Assembly: GCA_049517335.1 (NCBI GenBank)
Contig: JBEKSD010000001.1
Span: forward strand, 160,032 to 224,031
Direction: 5' to 3'
Source: Candidatus Omnitrophota bacterium
GTDB lineage: Bacteria; Omnitrophota; Gorgyraeia; Gygaellales; Profunditerraquicolaceae
DNA length: 64,000 nucleotides
Made by a program: the position numbers and the translations under genes
The notes under the pieces: generated by a model
What the model was told of the DNA's origin: nothing
Databases searched by the model: none
Seen by the model: only the letters and a program-made list of their open reading frames with translations
Shown: positions 42,743 to 52,199 of the stretch, in pieces
How positions within the stretch are numbered: the first letter of the stretch is position 1
Layout: each line of letters begins with the position of its first letter

Positions 42743-43516
42743 GTGCTTAATCTTAAAAACAAAAATTTAATTTTCTATTTTCTTGTCGGTTTATCGGTTT
42801 TATTCGCCGCAGGTTCAGTTTCCGTATTAAAAAACCCCGTCCTTGACTTTTCAAAATTCCCTTCCATAGCGGTTAGCGCAGTCCGTCGCGAGTTTATGGG
42901 TATCATTTTTTATCACCGGAATTATGTCCAGAATGAACATTTGCGCAACGAAGCGGATTTCTTTAGGCAGAAAGTAAATTCTCTTAATGAAATAGATCTG
43001 GAAAACCTACGCCTTAGGAAGCTCCTATCTTTTAAACAGGAGCTTCCTTTTAAGGTAATAGCCGCCAGGGTTATAGCCCGTTCGCCGGACAACTGGTATT
43101 CGGTGATTATTATAGATAAAGGCTCATCAGGCGGCGTCCAGCGGGGGCAGGCGGTTATAAATAATTTCGGGCTTATCGGCCGCGTAATGGATACCACTGC
43201 TTTTACGAGTAAGGTCATGTTAATCAGCGACCCTAATTTGAGCGTATCCGCTATTGTTGAACGCAGCCGCGAGGTGGGGCTTATTACCGGCACCCTCGGA
43301 ACGCAATTGCTCATGAAATATCTTCCGCAGGATGCGGATATAAAAGCACAGGATAAAATTATTACCTCCGGAATGAATCGGAATTACCCTAAAGGCCTCC
43401 CAATCGGGAACGTGGTTGAAGTCGGCAATGAGTTTTCCAGCCTCGGACGCTATGCGGTTATCAAACCTGCGGTAAACCTTTCTTTTCTGGAAGAAGTTTT
43501 TGTGATTGTAAAATGA
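42743..43516 (+). CDS. mreC: MreC
   Basis: TM segment, ENLRLRKLL, IIDKGS and TSG..YPKGLPIG. Confidence 0.93.
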   Translation: MLNLKNKNLIFYFLVGLSVLFAAGSVSVLKNPVLDFSKFPSIAVSAVRREFMGIIFYHRNYVQNEHLRNEADFFRQKVNSLNEIDLENLRLRKLLSFKQELPFKVIAARVIARSPDNWYSVIIIDKGSSGGVQRGQAVINNFGLIGRVMDTTAFTSKVMLISDPNLSVSAIVERSREVGLITGTLGTQLLMKYLPQDADIKAQDKIITSGMNRNYPKGLPIGNVVEVGNEFSSLGRYAVIKPAVNLSFLEEVFVIVK

Positions 43517-44001
43517 AAAAGGCAAACTTCTGCGTAATTTTGGCCGGCTGCGCGATAATACAGGTTACGCTTTTAAATTACCTGAAAGTTTTTACGGTCG
43601 GGCCGGATTTGCTTTTGATTTGTACCGTAATAGCCTCGCTTGTTTTCCCTTTGAAATGGGCTTTATTTTTTTGCCTGTCGGCAGGAGTTTTTAAGGATGC
43701 CTTTGGCGCAGGCGTTTTCGGTATAAATACCGCTTTATTTCCTCTTTGGGGTTTTTTGATTATTAAACTTACGCGAAAGATAGCAATTGATAATAATATA
43801 ATGAGGGTATTGTTAATCGCTGTCGTAACACTGGTGCATAACCTGCTGACAGGCATAATATTTATGTATTACGGAACCAATCTCCCTTTTGGTATATTAT
43901 TTCGCATATTATTGCTATCGCCACTTTTGGCAGCTATTTTTTCCCTTCCCATGCTTAAATTCTTTAAGAAACTTCCCCAGGTTCACTATGAACAAGACTA
44001 A
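43513..44001 (+). CDS. mreD: MreD
   Basis: Polytopic membrane protein with PDLLLI and G.FKD; follows mreC. Confidence 0.85.
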   Translation: MKKANFCVILAGCAIIQVTLLNYLKVFTVGPDLLLICTVIASLVFPLKWALFFCLSAGVFKDAFGAGVFGINTALFPLWGFLIIKLTRKIAIDNNIMRVLLIAVVTLVHNLLTGIIFMYYGTNLPFGILFRILLLSPLLAAIFSLPMLKFFKKLPQVHYEQD

Positions 44002-45700
44002 AATTGTAAATATAATTGTGGTTTTGATGTTTTTATTACTAGGTCTGGCACTTTTTAACACAGAAGTAATTCAAGGCAGGAAGTACAGAGATTTAAGCAA
44101 TAAAAATTGTATCAGGTTAATCCCCCAGATGGGCAGCCGCGGGAAAATCCTTGACCGTAACGGCCAAGTTTTAGTTGACAACAAGATATCTTACGATGTC
44201 CTTATCGCTCCTGAAGACCCGTTCCAACAGGAAAAAATCTTGCAGGCCGTAAGAAGCGTATTAAAACTAAGCCTTGAAGATTTAGAAAAGGCTTATAGGG
44301 GAAATTTTATTTCTGTTTCAGTACCTACCCTTGTTGCCCGGAATATTGGCTTAAAGAATGCAATTGCCCTCGAGGAAATCAAAGTTGACCAGCCGGGGAT
44401 TATTATTATGCCGCGGCCGGTGAGGAATTATCCTTTTGGGAATTTAGCCGCGCATGTTATGGGATATTTAGGTGAGATTGACCGCTGGCGCCTGACCAAG
44501 CTTTCGGATTACGGTTATAAGACTAAAGATAAAGTCGGATTCGGAGGGGTAGAAGAAAAATATGATTATTATTTGCGGCAGGAGGAAGGAGGGGTCTCGC
44601 TTGAAGTAGACCACCGGGGAAGGCTTACGCGTGTTTTGGGGTATCTTCCTCCTAAGAACGGGTTGGATATCCAGTTGACTCTGGATTTAAAGATAGAAAA
44701 AATCTCAGAGGCCGCCCTTTCCGGATTAAAGGGCTGCGTTGTCATTATGGATCCATATACTGGAGAAATCATTTCTATGGCCAGTTTTCCTGTTTTCTAC
44801 CCTGGTGATTTTATTGAGTCCGGAAAGTCTCTGTCTGCTTATTTTACTGATCCTGATGCCCCGTTGGTCAACCGCGCAATAAGTTCAAGTTTTCCGCCGG
44901 CTTCGGTTTTTAAGGTGGTTGTCGCAACTGCAGCGCTTGAGACAAAAAAAATTAATACATCCACTACTTTCGTTTGTTCGGGAAGTACGCTTATCGGAAA
45001 AAGGAAATTCAACTGCTGGAGTATTCACGGTCCGGTAAACCTGAATCAGGCTATAATCCATTCCTGCGACGTATTTTTTTACCGCACAGGTTTATTAGTC
45101 GGAGCGCAGGTTATACATGATTATGCGCTAAAGTTCGGATTAGGGAAACCTTCGGGGTTTGAGCTCCCTTACGAAGCGGGAGGCTTTGTCCCTTCTCCTT
45201 TATGGAGGAAAATAAATAAATTCAAAAACTGGTTTGACGGGGATACGGCTAATTTAGCAATCGGGCAGGGCGATTGTCTTATTACTCCTTTACAAATGGC
45301 AAGGATGATCTGCGTCTTTGCTAATAAAGGTTATCTTGTAACGCCTTACATTGTCAAGGCAATAGGCGGCAGGGATATTTCAAGGTACCAGAAGAGGATA
45401 ACTCCGCTTTCCTTAAAGGCATCAACAATCAATAATATCAGGGAGGGCTTAAGAGGCGTTGTTAGCAGCGCAGACGGAACCGCCAGTACTTTATCGGTTT
45501 TACCTGTTGAGATTGCCGGAAAGACCGGCACGGCCCAGGCGTCTCCAAAGCAGCCTCATGGCTGGTTTGTGGGGTTCTTTCCTTATAAAGAGCCTAGATA
45601 TGTTATTTGCGTGTTTCTGGAGCACGGCGGCTCAGGGTATGCAGCTTCCGTGGTGGCAGAGGATATAATCAAAGGGATGCACAAAGAAGGCTTATTGTAA
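43988..45700 (+). CDS. mrdA: Penicillin-binding protein 2 (ATG at 43988 inferred)
   Basis: RGKILDRNG, RNYP, PPASVFK, SCD and KTGTAQ. Confidence 0.95.
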   Translation: MNKTKIVNIIVVLMFLLLGLALFNTEVIQGRKYRDLSNKNCIRLIPQMGSRGKILDRNGQVLVDNKISYDVLIAPEDPFQQEKILQAVRSVLKLSLEDLEKAYRGNFISVSVPTLVARNIGLKNAIALEEIKVDQPGIIIMPRPVRNYPFGNLAAHVMGYLGEIDRWRLTKLSDYGYKTKDKVGFGGVEEKYDYYLRQEEGGVSLEVDHRGRLTRVLGYLPPKNGLDIQLTLDLKIEKISEAALSGLKGCVVIMDPYTGEIISMASFPVFYPGDFIESGKSLSAYFTDPDAPLVNRAISSSFPPASVFKVVVATAALETKKINTSTTFVCSGSTLIGKRKFNCWSIHGPVNLNQAIIHSCDVFFYRTGLLVGAQVIHDYALKFGLGKPSGFELPYEAGGFVPSPLWRKINKFKNWFDGDTANLAIGQGDCLITPLQMARMICVFANKGYLVTPYIVKAIGGRDISRYQKRITPLSLKASTINNIREGLRGVVSSADGTASTLSVLPVEIAGKTGTAQASPKQPHGWFVGFFPYKEPRYVICVFLEHGGSGYAASVVAEDIIKGMHKEGLL

Positions 45701-45705
45701 CCGCC

Positions 45706-46809
45706 ATGCATAAATCAGCTTTATACATTTTATTTATTGCGTTGCTTATCGTTTCAATAGGGATTATATCAATTTACAGCAGCACTTATCAAAAAGAAGG
45801 CAAGCCCTGGCAGGACATATACAAACGCCAGATTCTATGGATCATTATAGGAGCAGTATTTTTCGTGCTTTTGTCAAACCTGCATTATCGCCGGCTCTGG
45901 GATTGGACTTATCCGTTATATATTGTGGCGTTGTTTTTATTGTTGCTGGTTTTTGTATCCGGCGTGGTGCGCCTGGGTGCTCAGCGTTGGTTAAAGATAG
46001 CCTGGTTTAATTTTCAGCCTTCGGAATTTGCGAAGTTAATTCTTGCCATATTCCTTGCGCGTTATTTCAGCAGAAAATCGGTTGACGACGTATCGGTATT
46101 AAGCAAGAGGTTCGGAATATTCCGCGGGATAATCCTTCCGTTTATCTTTGTTTCTATCCCTATTTTTTTCATCATTGAACAGCCTGATTTGGGCAGCGGC
46201 ATGATTTTACTGCTTTTATTCGTAACCTTTTTATACCTGACTGGAGTAAAGATGCGTTATGTCATAATATTTATCTTTGTCATGGCTTTACCGTTGCCCT
46301 TTATATGGCATTTATTAAGGGATTACCAGAAACAAAGGCTGCTCGTATTTTTAGACCCTAATATAGATCCGCTCGGTGCGGGCTATACCGTAATTCAGTC
46401 AAAAATTGCGGTTGGCTCGGGTTGGTTGTGGGGGAAAGGCTGGCTTTCAGGAACGCAAAGCCAGCTGCATTTCTTACCTGAGTCGCATACGGATTTTATT
46501 TTTGCTACCTTTGCCGAAGAGTGGGGTTTCTTAGGCAGCGCTCTTTTACTGCTTCTGTATTATTTGTTAATACACCGCGGTTTTATGATTGCCAAAAGGA
46601 CGAATGACCCGTTCGGTAAATTGCTTGCTTTCGGGATTTCTCTTATGTTTTCCATTCAGGTCTTCATTAATATTGCCATGAATATGGGATTAGCGCCCGT
46701 AGTGGGCGTGCCTTTGCCGCTAATGAGTTACGGTGGTTCTTCTATTCTGGTCACTTTTATTGCTTTGGGAATCCTGGCGAATATAGATAAGACAAGAGGT
46801 GTGTTTTAA
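45706..46809 (+). CDS. rodA: SEDS polymerase RodA (ATG at 45706 inferred)
   Basis: GAQRW, QPSEFAK, QPDLG, PESHTDFIF and SYGGSS; follows mrdA. Confidence 0.95.
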   Translation: MHKSALYILFIALLIVSIGIISIYSSTYQKEGKPWQDIYKRQILWIIIGAVFFVLLSNLHYRRLWDWTYPLYIVALFLLLLVFVSGVVRLGAQRWLKIAWFNFQPSEFAKLILAIFLARYFSRKSVDDVSVLSKRFGIFRGIILPFIFVSIPIFFIIEQPDLGSGMILLLLFVTFLYLTGVKMRYVIIFIFVMALPLPFIWHLLRDYQKQRLLVFLDPNIDPLGAGYTVIQSKIAVGSGWLWGKGWLSGTQSQLHFLPESHTDFIFATFAEEWGFLGSALLLLLYYLLIHRGFMIAKRTNDPFGKLLAFGISLMFSIQVFINIAMNMGLAPVVGVPLPLMSYGGSSILVTFIALGILANIDKTRGVF

Positions 46810-48581
46810 TGGAAGATATCCTATTAACCGTAAAACGGCCTGCTCAATACATCGGGCGTGAATGGAATGTCTCAAAAAAGGAGTTTGATAAAACGAATAT
46901 CCGTTTTGCCCTTTCATTCCCCGACCTTTATGAAGTAGGGATGAGTAATTTAGGCCTAAGGATTATTTACGGGATATTAAATAATATATCTGATGTTGTT
47001 TGCGAAAGGTTCTTTTCTCCTGATAGCGATATGGAGGCGCTCTTGAGGAGCACTAATCAAAGTATCCGTTCGCTTGAGTCGCAAAAAGGGTTAGATGAAT
47101 TTGAGTTAATCGGGTTCTCTTTAGGTTCAGAATTGTGCTATACGAATATTTTGAATATTTTAGAGCTTGGGGGGATTCCCCTGAAGAGCAGCGAACGTTT
47201 GAATAATCATCCTCTTGTTATCGGAGGCGGGCCGTGTGCCTTGAATCCGGAACCATTGCATGAGTTTTTTGACATATTCATCATAGGGGAGGCAGAAGAG
47301 GCGTTAGTCGAAATAGTTGATATTTACCGGCAACATAAGCCTGACTATAAATCGGGAAATATATCCAAGAGCGGGCTCCTGTTATTGTTTGCGCACCTAG
47401 AGGGTGTTTATATTCCCTCTTTTTATGAAACTAAGGAAACTTGCGATGGCCTGCTTGAAGAATTCAGGCCTAAGATAACAGGTGTGCCTTCAAAAATCTC
47501 AAAACGCACCATAGAAGACCTGGATGTTTCATTTTTCCCCGTTGAATGGTTAGTGCCGTACATTCAGATTATCCATGACCGGATTACGCTGGAAATTATG
47601 CGCGGCTGCCCGAACCGCTGCCGTTTCTGTCAGGCAAGGTCCCAGTATTTCCCCTTGAGGATAAAGAAAGCAGAAAAAATCCTGGAACTGGCAAAACAGG
47701 CTTATAAAAATACGGGTTATGAAGAGATATCATTGGGGGGTCTTTCCGTAAGCGATTATCCAAAAATAGAAGGACTTTCGCAATCCCTGCTTGACGCATT
47801 TAAAGGTGAGGCAGTCAGTGTTTCTCTTCCTTCAATCAAAGCGCATTCTTATGTCGGTAATCTTTCTTCCATTATCGCTAAAGTAAAGAAGACCGGCCTC
47901 ACCTTTGCTCCGGAAGCAGGCAGCGACAGATTACGCAGTTTATTGTTAAAGGATTTTGATGAGAAAGAATTCTTTCGCGCGCTTCTTGAGGCTTACGCTG
48001 CGGGCTATCAGCGGGTAAAACTTTATTTTATGGTTGGTCTTCCTTTTGAGACGGATGCGGATTTGGATGCCATTGTCGACTTTTCTAAGCGCGTATCGGA
48101 AGAGCGCAGGAAGGTAGCTAAGGGAGCGGCTGAAGTGAATGTCAGTATCAATACGCTGATACCTAAACCGCACACGCCTTTTCAATGGTTCGGGATGAGC
48201 AGCGGAGAAGAGATACAGAGGAAATACGATTACCTTAAGACTAAGATTAAAAGCCGACACCTGAAGCTTAATTTTCATAACTGGCAGATGAGCATGCTAG
48301 AAGGAATACTTTCGCGCGGGGATAGGCGGTTAAGCGCGGTAATATTGAATGCCTTTAAGAAAGGCGCTAAATTTGATGCCTGGAGCGATCATTTTGATTT
48401 TCAGAAATGGGCGCAGGCCTTCAGGGAATCAGGGGTGGATCCTGCAGCGTACTTGAAAGAAAGGCCCGGAAATTCTTTCTTTCCGTGGGATTTTCTGGAT
48501 GTAGGGATAAATAAAGACAGTCTTATCCGCGAATTTTACAAACTTATTGAAAACAAAGGAGATAAAGGGTATAATCACTAA
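46809..48581 (+). CDS. TIGR03960-type B12-binding radical SAM protein
   Basis: FPDLYEVGMSNLG, RGCPNRCRFCQA (CxxxCxxC), TFAPEAGS and PKPHTPFQW. Confidence 0.85.
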   Translation: MEDILLTVKRPAQYIGREWNVSKKEFDKTNIRFALSFPDLYEVGMSNLGLRIIYGILNNISDVVCERFFSPDSDMEALLRSTNQSIRSLESQKGLDEFELIGFSLGSELCYTNILNILELGGIPLKSSERLNNHPLVIGGGPCALNPEPLHEFFDIFIIGEAEEALVEIVDIYRQHKPDYKSGNISKSGLLLLFAHLEGVYIPSFYETKETCDGLLEEFRPKITGVPSKISKRTIEDLDVSFFPVEWLVPYIQIIHDRITLEIMRGCPNRCRFCQARSQYFPLRIKKAEKILELAKQAYKNTGYEEISLGGLSVSDYPKIEGLSQSLLDAFKGEAVSVSLPSIKAHSYVGNLSSIIAKVKKTGLTFAPEAGSDRLRSLLLKDFDEKEFFRALLEAYAAGYQRVKLYFMVGLPFETDADLDAIVDFSKRVSEERRKVAKGAAEVNVSINTLIPKPHTPFQWFGMSSGEEIQRKYDYLKTKIKSRHLKLNFHNWQMSMLEGILSRGDRRLSAVILNAFKKGAKFDAWSDHFDFQKWAQAFRESGVDPAAYLKERPGNSFFPWDFLDVGINKDSLIREFYKLIENKGDKGYNH

Positions 48582-48596
48582 GCATGGAGGTTTAAA

Positions 48597-50030
48597 ATGA
48601 CAAAAAATTTAAATAATTTATCTTTAGCTTCGCGTGGCATTAAATATAAGTTAAGGATTTCTTTTTGTCTGATGTCCGTCCTGCCCCTCCTGGTTAGTGC
48701 CTATCTTATTTCTTCCTATGTTTTGCCTAAATTTGGTTTAAAAATTGATATTGCGTTAGCAATGGCAATAAGCGTAATAATTGCTTTGATAGGTTTTTTC
48801 TTGATTAAAGAAGTTATTGACCGGATACTTTCAGTCACAACTGAGGCAAAATTAATTGCCGCAGGGGATTTAAACCGGAAAGTTGTGGCCAAAGAGGACG
48901 ATGAAGTCGGCGACTTAAGCGAGGCGCTTAATCAGCTGACTATGCGCATCCGCAGCAACATGGATGAGCTTAAGGGCTATGGAGAGAAAACCTCCGAGAT
49001 AAACCTTGAGATACAGAGGCGGGTCCTCGTGCTTTCCAGCCTTCTGCAGATCAGTTCCCTTATTTCGCAGGGAACGAAACTGGAAGATATTTTTAAGGTC
49101 ACGATAGAGAAATCCCGTATGCTGGCAAATTCGGAGGTCGCGTTCCTGCTTTATCGCGAAGAAACGGATAACAATTTCCGCATTAAGTTGGTGGACGGAA
49201 TTAACCCAAAGCCGCTTCTTAACTTACATGTTTTCCTTCAGGATGAGATTTTCAGCAGCGCCATTAAGCATAATAATCCTCTTTTAGTGGATAAACAGAG
49301 CAAACTTCCGGATATTACGAGGAATGCGCTTTCTGAAAAATTCCGGGTCAAAAACATGCTTGCTTTGCCTGTATATCTAAGGGGAAGCGTAAGGGCGATA
49401 TTCGCCATAGGCAACAACAAGGAAGATTTTATTTACAGGAAAGAAGACATCGAGCTTCTGGATGTTTTTTCCAAGCAGATCGCCATTGCTATCGAGAACG
49501 ATTTGTTAATGGCAAAAGTTGAAAAATTAGAGATACGTGACGCCTTAACTGGGCTTTACAACTTAAGTTATATCAAGAGCCGCCTGAACGAAGAAATCAA
49601 GAGGGCCATTGCTTACCAGCGGCCATGCGCGTTCATAGTTTTTGATATTGATAATTTTAGAAAATACCTTGATTCTTTCGGCTCCCTTAATTCCGAAGCG
49701 ACGCTGAAAAAAATTGCTACCCTGATTAGCTCTTCGGTAAGTGAAGTTGACCGGGTAGGAAGGACCGCGGATGATGAATTTGCCGTAATCCTTCCCGAAA
49801 GGAATAAGCGTCAGGCCAATGAAATAGCCGAGAATATCAGAAAGAAAATAGAATTTACTTTTAACGAAGAAGACGAAGTAATTAAGCGCCTTACCGTAAG
49901 CGCGGGTATCAGCGAGAATCCGCTTGATGGAGTAAGTTCCGAAGAACTAATCGTAACTTCCTGCGAGGCGCTAAAAATTTCCAAAGAACAGGGAAAGAAC
50001 AGGGTTAGTATCTTTAAGGGAGCCAGATAA
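48597..50030 (+). CDS. Membrane HAMP-GAF-GGDEF protein with a degenerate active site
   Basis: Two TM segments, HAMP (DEVGDLSEALNQL), GAF, DALTGLYN, DIDNF and RTADDEF in place of RYGG(D/E)EF. Confidence 0.85.
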   Translation: MTKNLNNLSLASRGIKYKLRISFCLMSVLPLLVSAYLISSYVLPKFGLKIDIALAMAISVIIALIGFFLIKEVIDRILSVTTEAKLIAAGDLNRKVVAKEDDEVGDLSEALNQLTMRIRSNMDELKGYGEKTSEINLEIQRRVLVLSSLLQISSLISQGTKLEDIFKVTIEKSRMLANSEVAFLLYREETDNNFRIKLVDGINPKPLLNLHVFLQDEIFSSAIKHNNPLLVDKQSKLPDITRNALSEKFRVKNMLALPVYLRGSVRAIFAIGNNKEDFIYRKEDIELLDVFSKQIAIAIENDLLMAKVEKLEIRDALTGLYNLSYIKSRLNEEIKRAIAYQRPCAFIVFDIDNFRKYLDSFGSLNSEATLKKIATLISSSVSEVDRVGRTADDEFAVILPERNKRQANEIAENIRKKIEFTFNEEDEVIKRLTVSAGISENPLDGVSSEELIVTSCEALKISKEQGKNRVSIFKGAR

Positions 50031-50473
50031 TGCCCTTAAGAAGGATTATTAATAAGCAATTGGGAGAGCTTTTAGTCGACAGAGGCCTGATTACGCCGGA
50101 GAAGCTTGAGAAGGCCCTGGGTTACCAGCGGGATAGGGGCGGGTTAATCGGTGAAATCCTCGTTGAACTGGGTTTTGTCAAAGAGGAGGATATTGCCCAG
50201 GCCTTAACCACTCAGTACGGTTTTCCCTTCTTGCCGTTGGGCAATTATGATATTAACATTGAGATATTGAACATTATCCCCGGCCGCGTTGCCCGGCAAT
50301 ACCTGCTTATACCGGTAGATAAAATCGGGAATAATCTTACGATTGCCATGTCCAATCCCCTTAACGTGCAGGCAGTTGAAGATGTGGAATTGCTTTCCGC
50401 TTGCAGCGTGCAGGTATTTGTCTCAACTTCATCCGATATCAAGAAGGCAATAGAAAGATATTATAAAGAATAA
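50030..50473 (+). CDS. Stand-alone MshEN / T2SSE_N domain protein
   Basis: Tandem LGxxLVxxGxI...L..Q repeats plus the IP...A...LIP...LTIAMSNP subdomain; no ATPase domain. Confidence 0.85.
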   Translation: MPLRRIINKQLGELLVDRGLITPEKLEKALGYQRDRGGLIGEILVELGFVKEEDIAQALTTQYGFPFLPLGNYDINIEILNIIPGRVARQYLLIPVDKIGNNLTIAMSNPLNVQAVEDVELLSACSVQVFVSTSSDIKKAIERYYKE

Positions 50474-52188
50474 TGCTTTCACTGAAAGAACGGCTGACTG
50501 AGATTTTAATTAACAACAAAATTGTTTCTGAAGAGCAACTAAGGCAGGCCTTAAGCGTTCAGGCAGAAAAAGGTGGACGCTTAAGCGACATTATCGTAGA
50601 GTTAAAATTCATTCAGGAAAGCGAGCTGGTTTCTCTGATAAGCAGGAGCCTAGGCCTACCCCTGATTGACCTTAAGCGTTTTAAGATTGACTCGGAAATG
50701 CTCAAAATTATCCCCGCGGATATTGCCCGCCATTATTTGATAATGCCCGTTTCCAAAATTGCCGATACGGTTACTCTGGCAATGGCCGACCCCCTGAATA
50801 TTTTTGCCATTGACGATGTGAAATCCCTGACCGGTTACAAGATAAATCCCATAATAGCCACAAGTAAGGATATACTCCAGGCCATTGAAATTTCCTATCC
50901 GGATGCGACAAAGAGTATCATTGACGATTTGGTAAAAGAAATTTCCTCTTCTTCAATAGAACTTATACGTGAAGAGAAGGAAGTCCTGCTCAGCGACAGT
51001 GAGCTGGACCGCATAAGCCGGGAAGCCCCGGTGATTAAAATTACAAACATGATTTTAGAGCAAGCGGTGATGAAGAAGTCTTCGGATATATTGCTTGAGC
51101 CGTTTGATAAAAAATTACGTATTCGTTTCCGCATTGACGGCATCCTTAACGAAGAAAAGGCTCCGCCCAAGGGCATGCATCCGTCTATAGTATCCCGTAT
51201 AAAAGTCATGTCTGATTTGAACATTGCCGAACACCGCCTGCCTCAGGACGGTAGGTTCAAAGCCAAACTATCGGGAAGGGAGGTTGATTTCCGCGTTTCC
51301 ATACTTCCTTCAAGTTTTGGCGAAAAAGTAGCAATACGTATTTTAGATAAAAATCAGGCTATGCTTGATATTGAAAAACTGGGCTTTAGCGAAGATATGG
51401 TTTCTATATTGAAAAAAATATCAAAATTTCCGCACGGCATGATCTTGGTTTGTGGCCCTACGGGCAGCGGAAAGACTACTACTTTGTATTCATTATTAAA
51501 ATACTTAGACAGCCCCGAAAAAAATATCGTTACGGTTGAAGATCCTATAGAATATCAGCTGGACGGGATCAATCAGGTCACGGCGAGGCCCGAGATCGGG
51601 CTTACCTTCGCAGCGTCGCTGCGTTCCATTCTAAGGCAGGATCCCAATATAATTATGATCGGCGAGATCCGTGATTATGAGACGGTAGATATAGCGATTA
51701 AGAGCGCCTTAACCGGTCACCTGGTCTTGTCCACTTTACACACTACCACGGGTCCCGGTTCAATAGTACGGCTTATTAATATGGGGGTTGAACCGTATTT
51801 AATCAATTCGTCCATTATCTGCGTTATGAGCCAGCGTTTAGTGCGTAAAATATGCGTTAATTGCAAAGAGCCATATCTATTAAAGGAAGATATATTGGAA
51901 AGCCTAAAATTGGATGTGCACGAATACGGAAAAAAGGAATTTTTCCGGGGTAAAGGATGTGTTCGTTGTTTTAATTCAGGTTATAGCGGCAGGACCGGCA
52001 TCGCCGAGGTTTTATTGTTAAGCCCTAAAATACGGGAATTGATACTTGAGCGCGCGCAGGAACACGTTATCAAGGCTCAGGCGCGCAAAGAAGGCATGAT
52101 TACTTTAAGGGAAGACGGCCTGCGGGCTGTTTCTAAAGGCCTGACTTCATTGGAAGAGATATTGCGGGTTACTGCGCCCGATGAGTAA
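50473..52188 (+). CDS. pilB: PilB/GspE-family extension ATPase (copy 1)
   Basis: PQDGR, GPTGSGKTTT, TVEDPIE, LRQDP..GEIRD, STLHT and CxxC..CxxC. Confidence 0.9.
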   Translation: MLSLKERLTEILINNKIVSEEQLRQALSVQAEKGGRLSDIIVELKFIQESELVSLISRSLGLPLIDLKRFKIDSEMLKIIPADIARHYLIMPVSKIADTVTLAMADPLNIFAIDDVKSLTGYKINPIIATSKDILQAIEISYPDATKSIIDDLVKEISSSSIELIREEKEVLLSDSELDRISREAPVIKITNMILEQAVMKKSSDILLEPFDKKLRIRFRIDGILNEEKAPPKGMHPSIVSRIKVMSDLNIAEHRLPQDGRFKAKLSGREVDFRVSILPSSFGEKVAIRILDKNQAMLDIEKLGFSEDMVSILKKISKFPHGMILVCGPTGSGKTTTLYSLLKYLDSPEKNIVTVEDPIEYQLDGINQVTARPEIGLTFAASLRSILRQDPNIIMIGEIRDYETVDIAIKSALTGHLVLSTLHTTTGPGSIVRLINMGVEPYLINSSIICVMSQRLVRKICVNCKEPYLLKEDILESLKLDVHEYGKKEFFRGKGCVRCFNSGYSGRTGIAEVLLLSPKIRELILERAQEHVIKAQARKEGMITLREDGLRAVSKGLTSLEEILRVTAPDE

Positions 52189-52199
52189 TTAAAAAAAAC

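Noticed and set aside
46809-48581. Radical SAM gene after rodA as a novel association
   Set aside because: This family commonly follows mreBCD-mrdA-rodA in many bacteria.
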